Source: Podarcis tiliguerta (taxonomy: Eukaryota). From it: 64,000 nt of DNA. Made by a program: the position numbers and the translations under genes. Position 1 is the stretch's first letter. The number at the start of each line of letters is the position of its first letter. The stretch is from assembly GCA_965153285.1 (NCBI GenBank), contig OZ229111.1. One strand, 5' to 3'. Shown here piece after piece: positions 36,431-48,470 of this stretch. The notes below the pieces were generated by a model. It ran no database searches. It had not been told where the DNA came from and saw only the letters and a list, made by a program, of their open reading frames with translations.

Positions 36431-37767
36431 AATAGCAGTTGTCACTGGGAATCACAAGCAAGTTCTGTTGCACTTAAGTCCTGCTTCTCATGGGTATCTG
36501 GTTGGCCATTGTGAGAACAGGACACTGGAGTCTGTGATTATTATCATACAAGATTATGGACCACTTCACAGCATAAAGCCATCAAAGTGGTATCCAAGAT
36601 CAGAAGAGAATAAAGCGCGTAAACACAAGCTCTAAGAACAATACGAACCCCACAAAACAATTTAATTGGCGATAAAATTAATACTCCATCAATGGCTGGG
36701 TTACGCTTCAGGGAAAGCCTTCCTAAACAAAAATGTATTGCGTAGTCATTTAAACTAGATGGGCCTTTGGTTCTTATTGAGCAGGGCTCATCCTAGGTTC
36801 CTCAGGTGAGTATTAGAGTGTTTAGAGAGCTCCATTTAGGTTACTAAGAGGGGGTTGGGGAGGCAGACCTCCTGCACTTCTAATACCTGTATTTGTGTAG
36901 TGGAGTAACAATATGTCATCATGGGTAAAATTGGATTTGAAGACTGGTCTGTTGGGTTAAAGTGCAATATTTTACCCTCAAGACTTGGGTCCAGTGCCAG
37001 CATACTGCATGCTGTTGACTGAAGTGGAACCCAAATGGCATCGCCTTTGGTAGGTCCAATACTTAAAGTGTGTTGCGGCATCGTTCAGGCACTGATTCCT
37101 GCCTTCATCCCCCCTCTCCCCATTTTCATGGTGCCATCTGATATGGTGCAATTCACTCTGATATGTAGGCGGGCTGACCCTGCTTAGATCATGTATCCCG
37201 AGATAAAAAGAAATCCCTCCTCACTTTAATTCCTGTTTCCTGCCCCTGCAACATTGCTTCCCACCCCCCACCAGCTATAAATGACAGCAGATTAGCAGAG
37301 GCTGCCATCGAAATAACGGATTGTGTCAACACATTGTTTACAACTTGTCTCTTCACCTTTAGAGGAATATTTCCCCACAGCAGGTAAATGAAGCGAGAGA
37401 TTGGATCAGTGAACAATGGGTCTAGAGTTAACCTCTTGCCTTAAGGTGATTCAGAGGCATGATGCCAGTGACCAAACTAGAGAGAACAGAAGTATATAGA
37501 GGGAGTATATAGATCAACAGACATCGTCTGGTTCTCTAGTAAAACTACTTGCTCTAGGACATGGATGGGGAACTTGTGGTCCTCCACAGGTTGTTGGACT
37601 GCAACTCCCATAATTAGGATGCTGTTATATCCTTAGGGCGGATCAGTTCTTGAAGTCTGAGGGAAGGATAATGCCGCTGATGCTAAGGAAATTATAGTAA
37701 TCTCAAAGGATAATAAAGTTTAAAGCCTGTCAATCCTACCTCTTTGGCTGATCAGTTACCAGTAAGC

Positions 37768-38134
37768 AAGGATGAGGGAGAAATTGGATTCCCTTTGCAT
37801 TTATAGGCAATCCTGCTTAATTTGTGCTTTCTGAAACAATATGTGAACCAAAACAGTCTTCCCTTGAAATGTTTGTTTCTCTGAATTCTGCAATGCCGTT
37901 CTTCAGCCAAATCAAGTATGCATTAAAAGGCATGCATTAGTGAAAACAGCATCCGAAAATGAAGTATAGAAGGTGAAATTTTGTGCTGCAAAAATGTGTT
38001 CATTAGAAATTTATTGACCATTGAAATGCTGAATGGTCACGGGAATTTTTAAAAACCCGCAAACTTTTGTAGAGAGTAAGAGTTGGACGAAGGGGAAACT
38101 GAGAAAATCGGAAGTTGACAGACTCACCCATCCC
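37768..38134. mobile_element. Old TIR element (same family as 6652-7103)
   Basis: aaggatgagggagaaattggattc ... ctcacccatccct. Confidence 0.6.
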
Positions 38135-38472
38135 TACTAGTAGGCATGTTGATCTGTCTTTCTGGCACCCTTGGATCTTATCTCCTATCTGTCAGCTTGC
38201 TCATGTCAGCTGCCTCTAAAATACAGCATCGACTGGGTTTTTTCCATGTAGCGTTACTTCATTTGCGAAAGCTGAACAACAACCATGACATTTCCCAGAG
38301 CTTCTTGCAGCTGAAGATAACAAGATATGCTGCTAACCATACATGCATACATCAGGAAAGATTGAAATCTACAGCCTTCAAAATGGAGTCGATGTTTTTG
38401 CAATATAAAGTGCGTCTCAGAATGTGCATGCAGCAACACCTGCCCTAGCCTTGTTGGCATTGTTTTCAATGT

Positions 38473-38834
38473 AGGGACCATAGGACTGAGCGCCAGGGTG
38501 CCAAGTTCTGGAGGGTGCCAGGGAAGAGGCGGAGGCTGGACGCGGTGCCTCCTGGCATCAGCTTGCCGCCCTCTCCCGCCTCTGCCATGCAGCGCTGAAG
38601 CAGTGCCGTGCCTGGAGCCTCCATCTGCAGTGGCCACCGCGGCATGAAGCAGCCAACTGAGCCAGGAAGCAGCACCTCCAGCCTCTGCTTCTTCTCCGCC
38701 GGAGGAGCCGCCCTCCAGCCGCCTCCTCCAGCCCTGCCGGCAGCGCCGTCCTCCCTAAAAAAACTCTAGGAAATGGGGGAGGGCACCGGAGGGAGCTTTG
38801 CACCACGGCACCGGATATGCTTAAGATGGCCCTG
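38473..38834. mobile_element. GC/CpG-rich non-autonomous DNA element
   Basis: Abrupt GC-rich block ending gcttaagatggccctg (TIR-like); left end degenerate. Confidence 0.45.
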
Positions 38835-38847
38835 GGGCGGGGTAGAA

Positions 38848-38851
38848 ATAA

Positions 38852-38890
<39 letters not shown>

Positions 38891-38891
38891 A
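38848..38891. repeat. (AAAT)n microsatellite
   Basis: Direct observation. Confidence 0.93.
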
Positions 38892-39251
38892 TATGATTAT
38901 AATTATTAGTATTCGTATTATCCTTCCACTCTGAAGCCTGAAATGGCATCTCCAGAGGTGGACGGCCTCAAATATTGCCTTATTCGGTGAGATGAATGGG
39001 AAAACTTGTTGGAGGTGCCAGGGAATGAAATAAATCATTTTGGTTAATATAGGAAGTATGGAAAACTTCCATGGTTGGGAGGCAGGAAGTGTTTTTTTAA
39101 AAAAAATCTATGAGCTTCTTTTGCTTGTGGCATAGATTTGCTTCAGGGCAGCATCACCTTTAGAATCGGGTCACGTTGGCATGGCAGGTGAGCGAGGCAC
39201 AGCAGCACATGGGCTCTTGGAACTGATCGTGGTCTTTTTCTCTCATGGCAG

Positions 39252-39313
39252 GTTTGATTTATACCACATCTCGGCAGCTCGATCGCGAATACAGGGCTGA
39301 GCATATCTTAGAG
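39252..39313 (+). CDS. FAT2: FAT2 coding exon 3 (62 nt)
   Basis: ggcag|GT TTG ATT ... TTA GAG|gtgagt; GLIYTTSRQLDREYRAEHILE; phase 1-0. Confidence 0.93.
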
Positions 39314-39721
39314 GTGAGTGATGACGAAGTTGCAATTACTTTTATTTACTTGAAAGTGGTGTGTGTTGTTTTTTTAAGTCCTCAAAGAGCATTTCCTTGC
39401 AAGTCAGAGCACACCAAAGAGGAGGACTCATCCCATCAGTTCCAAATTGCTCAGGAAGATAATTGCTTGTTCTGCATTTTTGTGGGTTTGCCCCCAGTGC
39501 CAGCCTCACTAATACCTCCTGGCTTAGCTTCTTAGCTGAAAGGCTGCAACAGGAATCTTACCGCTAAGCCCTTGCAGAGTAAAGGGGGGCAAGTGTTTTC
39601 CTGCCCCTTTTGACAAAATGGACACTTAGGGGATTTCACTACTACATGGTACTGAAATGCAGTCTTAGCTAAGAGGCAGTAGGTTGCAGGTTCTGAGGCC
39701 TTCATAGGAGATGATCTAGAC

Positions 39722-39908
39722 CAGTGGTGTCCAAGCTTTTTTCAAAGAGGGCCAGATTTAAGGGCTGACCAAAGTCGGCCTGTTTTTAAGGATTCAAGTT
39801 GTTGAGGTTTTTTTAGGATTTTACTCCGGGAAATAAACTGCCAAGGAGCTGGATTAAACTGATCAGTGGGCCAGATTAGGCCCCCGAAACAGACATTGGA
39901 CATGCCTG
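39722..39908. mobile_element. hAT MITE (same family as 14607-14758)
   Basis: cagtggtgtccaa ... ttggacatgcctg; TSD atctagac / ttctaaac (6/8). Confidence 0.8.
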
Positions 39909-39932
39909 TTCTAAACTACATCAGTCTCAGAC

Positions 39933-40320
39933 AGGGAGAAGTGAGGAATTTGACTCCACTTGCATATAAAGGGAAATTTATCCAATCTACGCTTTCCAAA
40001 ACAATGAGCAAACTGAAACACAGGCACCCTTCAAAATTCACACTCTGCTCCGGAAAAGTAATGGTACAAAAATGCACAAATTAGGGTAAAGTGTACATAA
40101 AAATGCATGTATTTCTTTAGCTTTTCAGAAAAAAGTATTTATTCAACAAAATTATGTGAAAATGTGTATATTAAGAGAAATGCACACCAGAATGCTGAAT
40201 CTTCGTTGACTTTAAGAAAAAATAATATCACAGACTGATGTGGATGTGTGGGGAACTGCTCTTAAGGTTGGGAAAATGAGAAACAGAGAAAAAACAAAAC
40301 GGACATTTTCACCCATCCTT
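39933..40320. mobile_element. Old TIR element (same family as 6652-7103)
   Basis: gaggaatttgactcc...tttccaaaacaat...ttcacccatcctt. Confidence 0.6.
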
Positions 40321-41890
40321 AGTCTCAGCCAGTATGGCCAAGTGTCAAGAGGTCAAGGATAATAGAAGTTGTAGTCCAAAATTCCTAGAAGGCCCTGGTT
40401 TGGAGAAGGCTGGTTTTAGTGTAAGGACTATATTTTCAGTCAGCGGTGTCTCCCGGCTATAACCTGAAGATGCTGAGGATTGAACCTGTGACCTTCTGCA
40501 TGCAAGGTGTACCACTGGGTTTTAGCCCATCCTCCAAAAGAAACATAAAAAGCTCCCTTAAAAACAAAGTCAGATCACTGGGCCATGTATTGCAGTTTTG
40601 TCCATGCTGACTGACAGTGGCTCTTCAAATACAGATGCTGTACCACTGAGCTGTGGCCATTCCTCTAACCACTGTGCTGCACTCAAACACATTCTGAGAA
40701 AATAGCTCATACCAAAATTCATGGGTGCTGGTAGGAACAATGCATTTCAATAAATGTAGCACGTATTCAGATTGCCAACTTTTGAAGAGTCGTCTCTCTC
40801 AGAAGGTGGAGTACAGAAGCACTTTCAGAAGCAAGTACAGGCTTGGAGGTTTTTAGCAGTTTTTGTTGGGTCTGGAGCGGAGGTTGGATAGATCCCAGCA
40901 CACAACATAAGATGCCCCTCATCCTTTCTTTCTCTTTGCCTTTCTACCAAATAACTCCAAAGAAAGCAGGGGGAATTCAGACAGACTGTTCCCCATCACC
41001 ACCACCCTTTTCCCATCTGGCCAGTTGGCATTCTTAGTCTAAACTTACTAGCTCCTGGCTGCTGCCTGAGAGAATCTGCTCCATTTTGCAGGCTTGCTTC
41101 TACAAACAGCAGCTCTTTCAAATGAGCTATATTCAGCTTGCTCAAAGATTCATTATTGGTAAGAGTCAATGCAAACGAGAATGCTTTGTATTGGATAGCA
41201 TCTCTGAGATGACATCTTCATGAGTGGTCTCTGGTTTTTGATTCACTAATATCTCTCCACCTAACACATGCACACCGAACTGTTTGGGTTGCCGTTCAGT
41301 GTTGTGCATGCAGAAAGTCATCGCATCTCCACTTTCTGAAACCGGGTTGAACCACTCCCAGTATAGACAGCACCGAGTTAGATGAACCAATGACTCAATG
41401 TAAGGCAGCTTCTGTAAGGTTGTATCCAACCTTGCATGATGGGTCTTCTCCTCACGCAGCAGGACTTCCTGTTCCTCTTCTCTCCTTTCATGCTCCAAAA
41501 GGGTCCCTCAATGCTCTGGAGCAGATTTTGAGGGTACATAGGGGGCCCGAGGGGAAGCAGGGGCAGGTTCCATTGAGCAAGCAGAAGTCTGTTGCCTAAA
41601 TGTGACAGCAGCATTGGATACAACCCTTAACCCTCAATGTAGGCAAACCACACATTGTAACACTTCAACCACTCCCAGAAGATTTTGTCAGATATTAGGA
41701 GATCCTCCAAATGTTGCTGGACTACAACTCTCATCATCCCAGAGCATTGGTTATGCTTACAGGCATCCTGCAACATCTGGAGGACCTTGGGTCTTCTCCT
41801 CTGCCATAGCAGGGAAACATCTGGGTTTCATGAGCATTAACTGTTTTCTCGAGGCTTCAGATCTGATACTCTGTTGGCTTTTCCTTATAG

Positions 41891-42202
41891 GTCTCTGTTT
41901 CAGACAATGGGGATCCAACTCTGAAATCCACCAGTAGAGTTGTAATCCACATCACAGATGTCAATGATAATCCTCCCACATTTTCCGAGAAGTTCTTCAT
42001 GGTTAATCTACCACAGAAAACGGGATCTGAGACTCCTTTGCCAGTCTACAGGATGATTGCCACAGATCGGGATGAGGGACTCAACTGCCAAGTCACTTAC
42101 AGCCTTGAAGAAAACAGTGACGGAGTCTTCAGCATCCACCCAGTGACAGGCATGGTCTTCTCCAAAAAGGCTTTTCCTGTCCAGGAGTACAACATATTGA
42201 CG
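41891..42202 (+). CDS. FAT2: FAT2 coding exon 4 (312 nt)
   Basis: ccttatag|GTC TCT GTT TCA GAC ... TTG ACG|gtgagt; [29 protein letters not shown]; phase 0-0. Confidence 0.94.
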
Positions 42203-42957
42203 GTGAGTGAGATATAGGAAGTTAAGGAGGATGGAGGCAGACAGCAGTTGTTTTCTTGAGTATTTAAGGGCCTTGTAGTCAAAGATGGTATTCAGGTTGT
42301 TGTTGTTGTCTCATTGGTCTATTGCCCTTCATCCATAGATCTCAGGGCAACATAATTACATCAAGAACCTGTGAAACCTATTTAGCCCAAACCTGCCATG
42401 AAACAACAGCAACACGTACGTTGCAGAAGACAAAATCCTCCATCACTTTCTTCAGTTTGCATGGGTAGTCCAAGAGCAGTTTGGTGGGTCATCATTGGAT
42501 GCCAGTTACTGGGGAGGAGTAGCAAGAGAGGGTTGCTATTTTCAATCCATCCTTGTGAACTTCCTGGAGGCATCTTGGCTGACGACTGTGGGCAGCAGGA
42601 CACTTGACTAGATGGTCAGGTCCAGCAAGGGTCTTCTTATGTTCCTCTGTATGGCTACAGCTCTGCAGGCTACAGAGACAGACCAGAGTCAGCAGCTTTA
42701 CATATGCCAAAGAAATCCTATCAAACTCTTGTATTGCATGAACCCTGCTAAGTTAACAGGGGCAAGCAAATGGATGCCATCCAGGTGTACACTTTACCTA
42801 CCAGCTGAAGGAAGGCAAAGGCAACTGCAGGCTGCCCACTTTGTGGTGCTTCTGGCAATAGAAGCATGAAAGGCTGATGTCCTATTAAGTTCACTCAGAA
42901 CATTGGCAAGAGCAACTTTGTTTTCCACTGCATGTAAGCTGGTGTCTCTCTTGGCAG

Positions 42958-43168
42958 GTCAAGGCTACTGATGGCGGCAGCCCCCCACTCTCTTCCAGCG
43001 TGAGGCTGCATGTCAACTGGATCCCTAAGCCCCTCCCGTCCTCGGAGCCTCTGACTTTTGATGAGCCTCATTTCAACTTTGCTGTCATGGAAACAGACCC
43101 AGTGAACCACATGGTGGGAGTGATCAGCGTGGAGGCTGGGCTCGGCCAGCTGTGGTTTAATATCACAG
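42958..43168 (+). CDS. FAT2: FAT2 coding exon 5 (211 nt)
   Basis: ttggcag|GTC AAG GCT ACT GAT ... ATC ACA G|gtgagt; [22 protein letters not shown]; phase 0-1. Confidence 0.94.
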
Positions 43169-44866
43169 GTGAGTGGCATGCGGCTGGGAAATGAGCTCTG
43201 AGGGTGACTCTGGGCTGACAAAATGCTGCCTCGGTTCCCCAGATATTTGGCACGCACATGCCCTGAGCGAACAAAGGCTGTTTATTTTAGATGGCAGGCA
43301 CATTAGAGTCAAGGCCTTGGCACTGGCAAGGAGCAGCATTGAGGCTGACTCAAGCAGTTGTCCCACAAAAAGCATTGTGCAGGTCTTGCGTTACCTACCC
43401 ATCGCACTTTGCAAAATGGCATTTCTGGCACTCTCCCAACCTTAAATGAAAATTCTTGTGTTGCAAACGGGCAAAAACACATCTTTGCAGCTCACAGGAA
43501 ATATGTGGTAATCATAACTATTCCCCACAGCAATAAAAACAAACCAACAGGAGAGAGAGAGAGAGAGAAACCACAAGGGGTTTTGAAAGTCTTTAAATGT
43601 TAAGTTGGTAGGGAGCTGCTATGAATGCTCAGCAATTCCCTTGATAAAAATCTATTATGTTTTATTCCTATTCTTCTCTATTTTCCCCCATTAGTTGGAA
43701 ATGCCCTATGCTTTCACTATGCAGAAGGATGTCAAAAGATACAAATCTCTTCTGTATATTTTTGTAAGAGTTAAGAGAGACCCATTCTAGGTAGATATTC
43801 CAGTGTAATGATCAGTGCATTTTTGTTTTTGTTGGAGATATGGACCTCACTCGGATTAATGATTGGGACACCGGTGGGTGTCCAATGTGGTCCTACTTCC
43901 ATCTTCAAGAACTCATAGTTCTGAAGGGGGTTTACCTTATATTGCAACATCTGTAAGATGTTCCCCAGGCTCATGTAGGTTTTCATGCACATTTAATGGT
44001 AGAATTTCAGGAATGCATAGATTTTTGAAATAATTCTTAGGTGCCAAGATCATTTCATTTCATTTCATTTCATTTGTATCCTGCACATCTGACTGATCTT
44101 TGATGTATCTTTCACCTGTACTGATCTGTGAGTGCATAATTCCTATTTCCTGGCATTACATTGCAGACTTAAGGTTTAGTTTGGGGCTTTGGGGTTTTTG
44201 TTTGTTCGTTTTTGTTTTGCCTCTGTTGAGTGAAGCCATTCCTGAAGGCAGATAGTTTGCAGACCTGCAAGAATTGTGCTTCTCAGGGCACCTCCAAGGT
44301 ATGCTTCTGTGCCTGGTGCAGTTGGGCATGGATAATAGAGTACAAATACAATGAAGGCAGGACAAGAATCAACACAGTACAGAATTGACAATGCTTGAGG
44401 AAAGTTTACTTTTGTGTGGGACAGTCTGCCCGCATTGTGTCCCCTTGCAGGTATTTTCTTTGGAATTTAATCTCAGTATTTATCTTTTCTCCTAAATCAG
44501 ACACTGTTTACAATATGGGACCTCCTTCACACAGTGGGTCTGGGTAATCCTTTGACCTGAATCATTACCTTGTTTGGCTGGCATACTCAAGCTAGCATTG
44601 GCGGAGTTTCCTTTTCTATTTTAGAAATTGTATTTTACACCCCTCCATTCCCCAAGGAGCTCAGGTTGGGGTGGCATGCATGATATGTGGCTCTCTCTTT
44701 TTATCTACACAACAGTTCTGTGAGAAGGAAACAGAATGCAGCCTTCTGCTTTAGGCAGTGGGAAAAGTGGTATATGGGCTCCTCCGTAGGGATGGGGAAT
44801 CAACAACATCTGGAGGACCATTAGTTCCCCAGCCCTAGTCTGTTTCTGCAACTGTTCAATTAGCAT

Positions 44867-45000
44867 TATAGAATCGTAGAGCTGGAAGGGACCACAAGAT
44901 TCGTCTAGTCCAACCCCTTGCAATGCAGGATTTTTTTTTGCCCAGCGTGGAGCTCAAACCCATGACCCTGTGTCTCATGCGCTCCCAACTGAGCTATCCC
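44867..45000 (-). mobile_element. Short tRNA-head / CR1-tail SINE
   Basis: Minus strand GGGATAGCTCAGTTGGGAGCG head, GGGTTTGAGCTCC B-box-like element and CR1-type tail (tagaatcgtagagctggaagggacc on +). Confidence 0.75.
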
Positions 45001-45919
45001 AGGATGGCTAGGCTTCCCCAGAAAGTGTGGACTTTCCCTAGTGTCACAGCAGAGGACATTGCGAGTTCACACATAGAGCTGCCCTTGAGTTCCAAGCCAA
45101 AAGTTTCTCTTGGCGCTATAACGCCCTTCCCTTGCACTTGTCTGCGCAAGTGATTTATAATGCAAGTCAGACAATGTCCGCACCTGTCTGCTCAAATAGT
45201 TCTACAGGTTCATTTTCTTCCAGACGTCGTCTAGCCCCATCCCTTTCCCTTTTGCTCCTTTTTCTATAAAGGCACTGTTTCTTTAAAATCTTGGTGCCTC
45301 TGCTCCACTCTCATTTTCATTCCTGGCTCTTCCTAAATTACTTCAGGAGAGCCAAACGCATTTCCCCTTAGGGACATATTTTTCTGAGTACTCAGACCAA
45401 AGATTCTTTCCCAGGTCCCCCATTAATGGTTGTTAGAACTGCTGTTGTGGGGTAGGCTTTTGTGAGTGTAACTGCTTATTACCCATGGGATCGCTGATGA
45501 CCACCAGTGCCTCACCACCTCCGACATATTCTCTACTTGCCTCATTTTATTTGAAACATAGTTTTTTAAACTTGGAGGCTTACTACTTTCTCCAAGTAGT
45601 GCTCAGGAGTGCTTATGTGTCAAGTCAGGTGGCCTATATGAGCAGAACTACATTTACCTACTCCATATAGTTTTGCTCCACCATTTCAGGAACTCATACA
45701 ATAGCATCTTAGTTTCCCCTTGTTATCTGTGAAACTGTTTCTGTTATCACAGAAACTACAGCTTCCTAAAAATGGCCACAGCTCCTATTTCTCCTGCATC
45801 AAGGCTGCGCTCTATCCATGACACAATAGATCCATGGCTGCCCTCCATCAAAGCCTCCCAGTTGCTGCTGTTTTGCTTCAAGGAACTCTACTTCCAGATC
45901 TCTGGAACACAAATAGGAC

Positions 45920-46095
45920 CATAGGAAGTTTCCCTATTGGTCCAGCTAGCTCAGCATTGCCTATACTGACTCGCAGCACCTCTCTGGGGTTTCAGGCAGG
46001 GGATCTCTCCAAACCCTACCTAGAGATGTCAGGGATTGAACCTGGGGCCTTCTGCATGCAAAGCAGATGCTCTACCACTGAGCTATGGCCCTTCC
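45920..46095 (-). mobile_element. tRNA-derived SINE
   Basis: gggattgaacctggggccttctgcatgcaaagcagatgctctaccactgagctatggccc (A/B boxes on the minus strand). Confidence 0.75.
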
Positions 46096-47616
46096 CCAAT
46101 GTGACTTTTGTAACTACCTGAAGGTGGCTATCATATCTGCTCTCAGTCTCCTCTTTTCCAGGCTAAACATCCCCAACTCCCTCAACCATTCCTCATAAGG
46201 CTTGGTTTGCAGACCCTTGATCATCTTGGTTGAAAGGGATATTTGTCAGGACTGTAGTATGGACTATCACTCCCATTCTGATCATGATCCCCCTCCCACC
46301 TCAACATATGCCTGCATTTTTTTTGAGGGGGGGGGGGAGAAATAGCTGTAGAGGAAATGCTATTTGGAAATGGAAGGATTAACATGACAGAGTTGATTCC
46401 CAGAGAAAAGAGGTGGACTATGGTGGACAAAATGGAGCGGTCTATACAGGCCTTATGTGGCAGGAAAAGCTGTGAGATAGTGGTGGGGAGATTATGCTGC
46501 TAGCCAATTGTACTGAAAAGTTATCTTTTCTAAGCTCTGGGGATGGGGTGAGGCAGAGAAAGGAGAAAAATGGGAGGGTGTTTCGCTCATGACGTCATGC
46601 AGATGTCAGGGAACACAGCATCACTATTCCACAAGATGATGCCTACTGTAGAAGCAGGATACATTCTCTAACTCAGTGTATAGTCACACAAAGAGCTCTA
46701 AGAAACCTTGCTTGGAGAATAACCCATAGATTATTATAGTCAGCCTTACACAACTTGTGACACTCCAAGCTGAAAGCAGCCCACCAAATGGGTATTGTGG
46801 CCTGCCAGGTAACCTCGCAATTTTTCAGCCTCTGCTTGGTCACTCTTGTTGGTGGTTAGCTGCATTTCATTTGGTAGGCCGCAGGTTGCTCAAGCTGACT
46901 ACCTTTCATCATCTCTGCAGCCTGCTCTTTAGTTTTATGGACTATTGGAGAATAAAGCTGCGGGGTTTTCTGTCTTATTTCAGTCTTCAGATGCTAAATG
47001 TGCATTATTGAAGTCCTTATCCAATTGTAACTAATGGTGGGGAAATGAATAAGAACTCTGCAGTGGCTTCCAAAACATCTTCTTTTGGGGTGGCTTGCTC
47101 CACTGCAAATCTTACAGATGTTTGTCCTTGCCCAGGACTCATCCATGAATCGGAGCAAGTCTCAACAGAGAGAGGAGAAGTGGTTTAAGCATCACACTTT
47201 GAAGCAAAGCCAGCAAATGTCCTCTCCCCTGCCAATTTCTCCCAATATTTCTTCTTTTCAACAGAACATGCCCTTCTGTGTCCCACTGGTTAATTTCAGC
47301 TCCCTTCACCTTGTATAGCAGTTCAACAACAAACTAGGCATTATTGCATGCTTAAGCCTATCCAAAACTTAGGGAAAATAAACAAAGATGCAATGAGGAC
47401 AATAGACGCCTTTCACAGAGGTTTTCCACCCACCTTTTTTGCTATTCTGCTGCCTGCCTCTGGATATATTTTATTTGTTGCAAATGCTACCAGCTGCAAT
47501 GATGCTTTTCCCCCTCTTGGATCCCTGCCTGCCCGGGGAGATGCTGTTACTCAGACACCTGGCCTCCTCCGTCATAACTCCTACCCTATCTACTTAAGTT
47601 ATCTCTTTCCTCTAAG

Positions 47617-47756
47617 GTGGTGATGATGACATGGATTTTGACATCGAGAAGAGCACTGGCAGCATTGTTATTGCGAGAACCCTGGATGCAAAGAAAAGAT
47701 CAAACTACAACCTCACAGTGCAGGTCACTGATGGATCAAGCATCATCAAGACACAG
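47617..47756 (+). CDS. FAT2: FAT2 coding exon 6 (140 nt)
   Basis: tctaag|GT GGT GAT ... ACA CAG|gtgagc; [40 protein letters not shown]; phase 1-0. Confidence 0.94.
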
Positions 47757-48304
47757 GTGAGCATCCACAAAGCCTTGTCCAAACCCTTCTGTATTCTCAG
47801 GGAGAGTTTTTATAAGAACTTGGGATAAGAACATACACAGAGTTCTCTCAAAAAATTACTTTGCCAAAATGCTAAAAATTCATGATTCAGCTGAATATGC
47901 ATAAGACTGGGGGATAAGGTGCTGTAAGGGGCTCCCAATTTGGCCTGTGTAGGTTAACAAAATGGCATCGTCTTTCATGCAAGCTCCTTGGAGAAAACAC
48001 CCCAAACTCAATGCTCAAATTCTTCTCAATGCACAACAAAAAAATAAAGATAAGAACACTTACCAAAGGTGTCACTTTTTCTTAAATTCCTTCCTCTGCA
48101 GATGCTGGCCAACTGTGGTACAGTACTTGGAGACTCAGGGGCCCAGTTTGCATGCAAAGCTAAGCCTAACCACTGCTTAATATAAATGAGCAAACATGCA
48201 GTCTGTCAGAAAGGAGATTGCGGTCCCTTTCCTCTTACCTGGTCATTGTGCTGCTGTGTTGAGCTGTACTAAGCCATCTCCAGGAGCTTCCACATGGAAG
48301 AGAG

Positions 48305-48470
48305 CTGCAGCTTAGAGCACCTGCTTTGCATGTAGAAGCTCCCAGGTTCAATCCCTGACATTTCCAGGTAGGGCTGCCTGAAGCCCTGGAGAGCTGCTGC
48401 CTGTCAATGTAGACAGTAATGAGCTAGATGGGCCGATGGTTTCACGCAGCATAAGGTAGCTTCCTATGTT
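48305..48470 (+). mobile_element. tRNA-derived SINE
   Basis: tagagcacctgctttgcatgtagaagctcccaggttcaatccctg...agcttcctatgtt. Confidence 0.7.

Noticed and set aside
36797-36811. 9-nt in-frame microexon (cctag|GTTCCTCAG|gtgagt)
   Set aside because: The donor is strong, but the acceptor has almost no pyrimidine tract and lies in a CR1 3'-end remnant; likely chance.
38473-38834. CpG-island-like internal promoter
   Set aside because: Sharp boundaries, a TIR-like end and short length are better explained by a GC-rich DNA-transposon derivative.
45990-46095. tRNA gene-like A/B boxes (also at 1830-1894, 2990-3068, 44940-45000)
   Set aside because: These are heads of tRNA-derived SINEs with attached SINE bodies; no complete cloverleaf.
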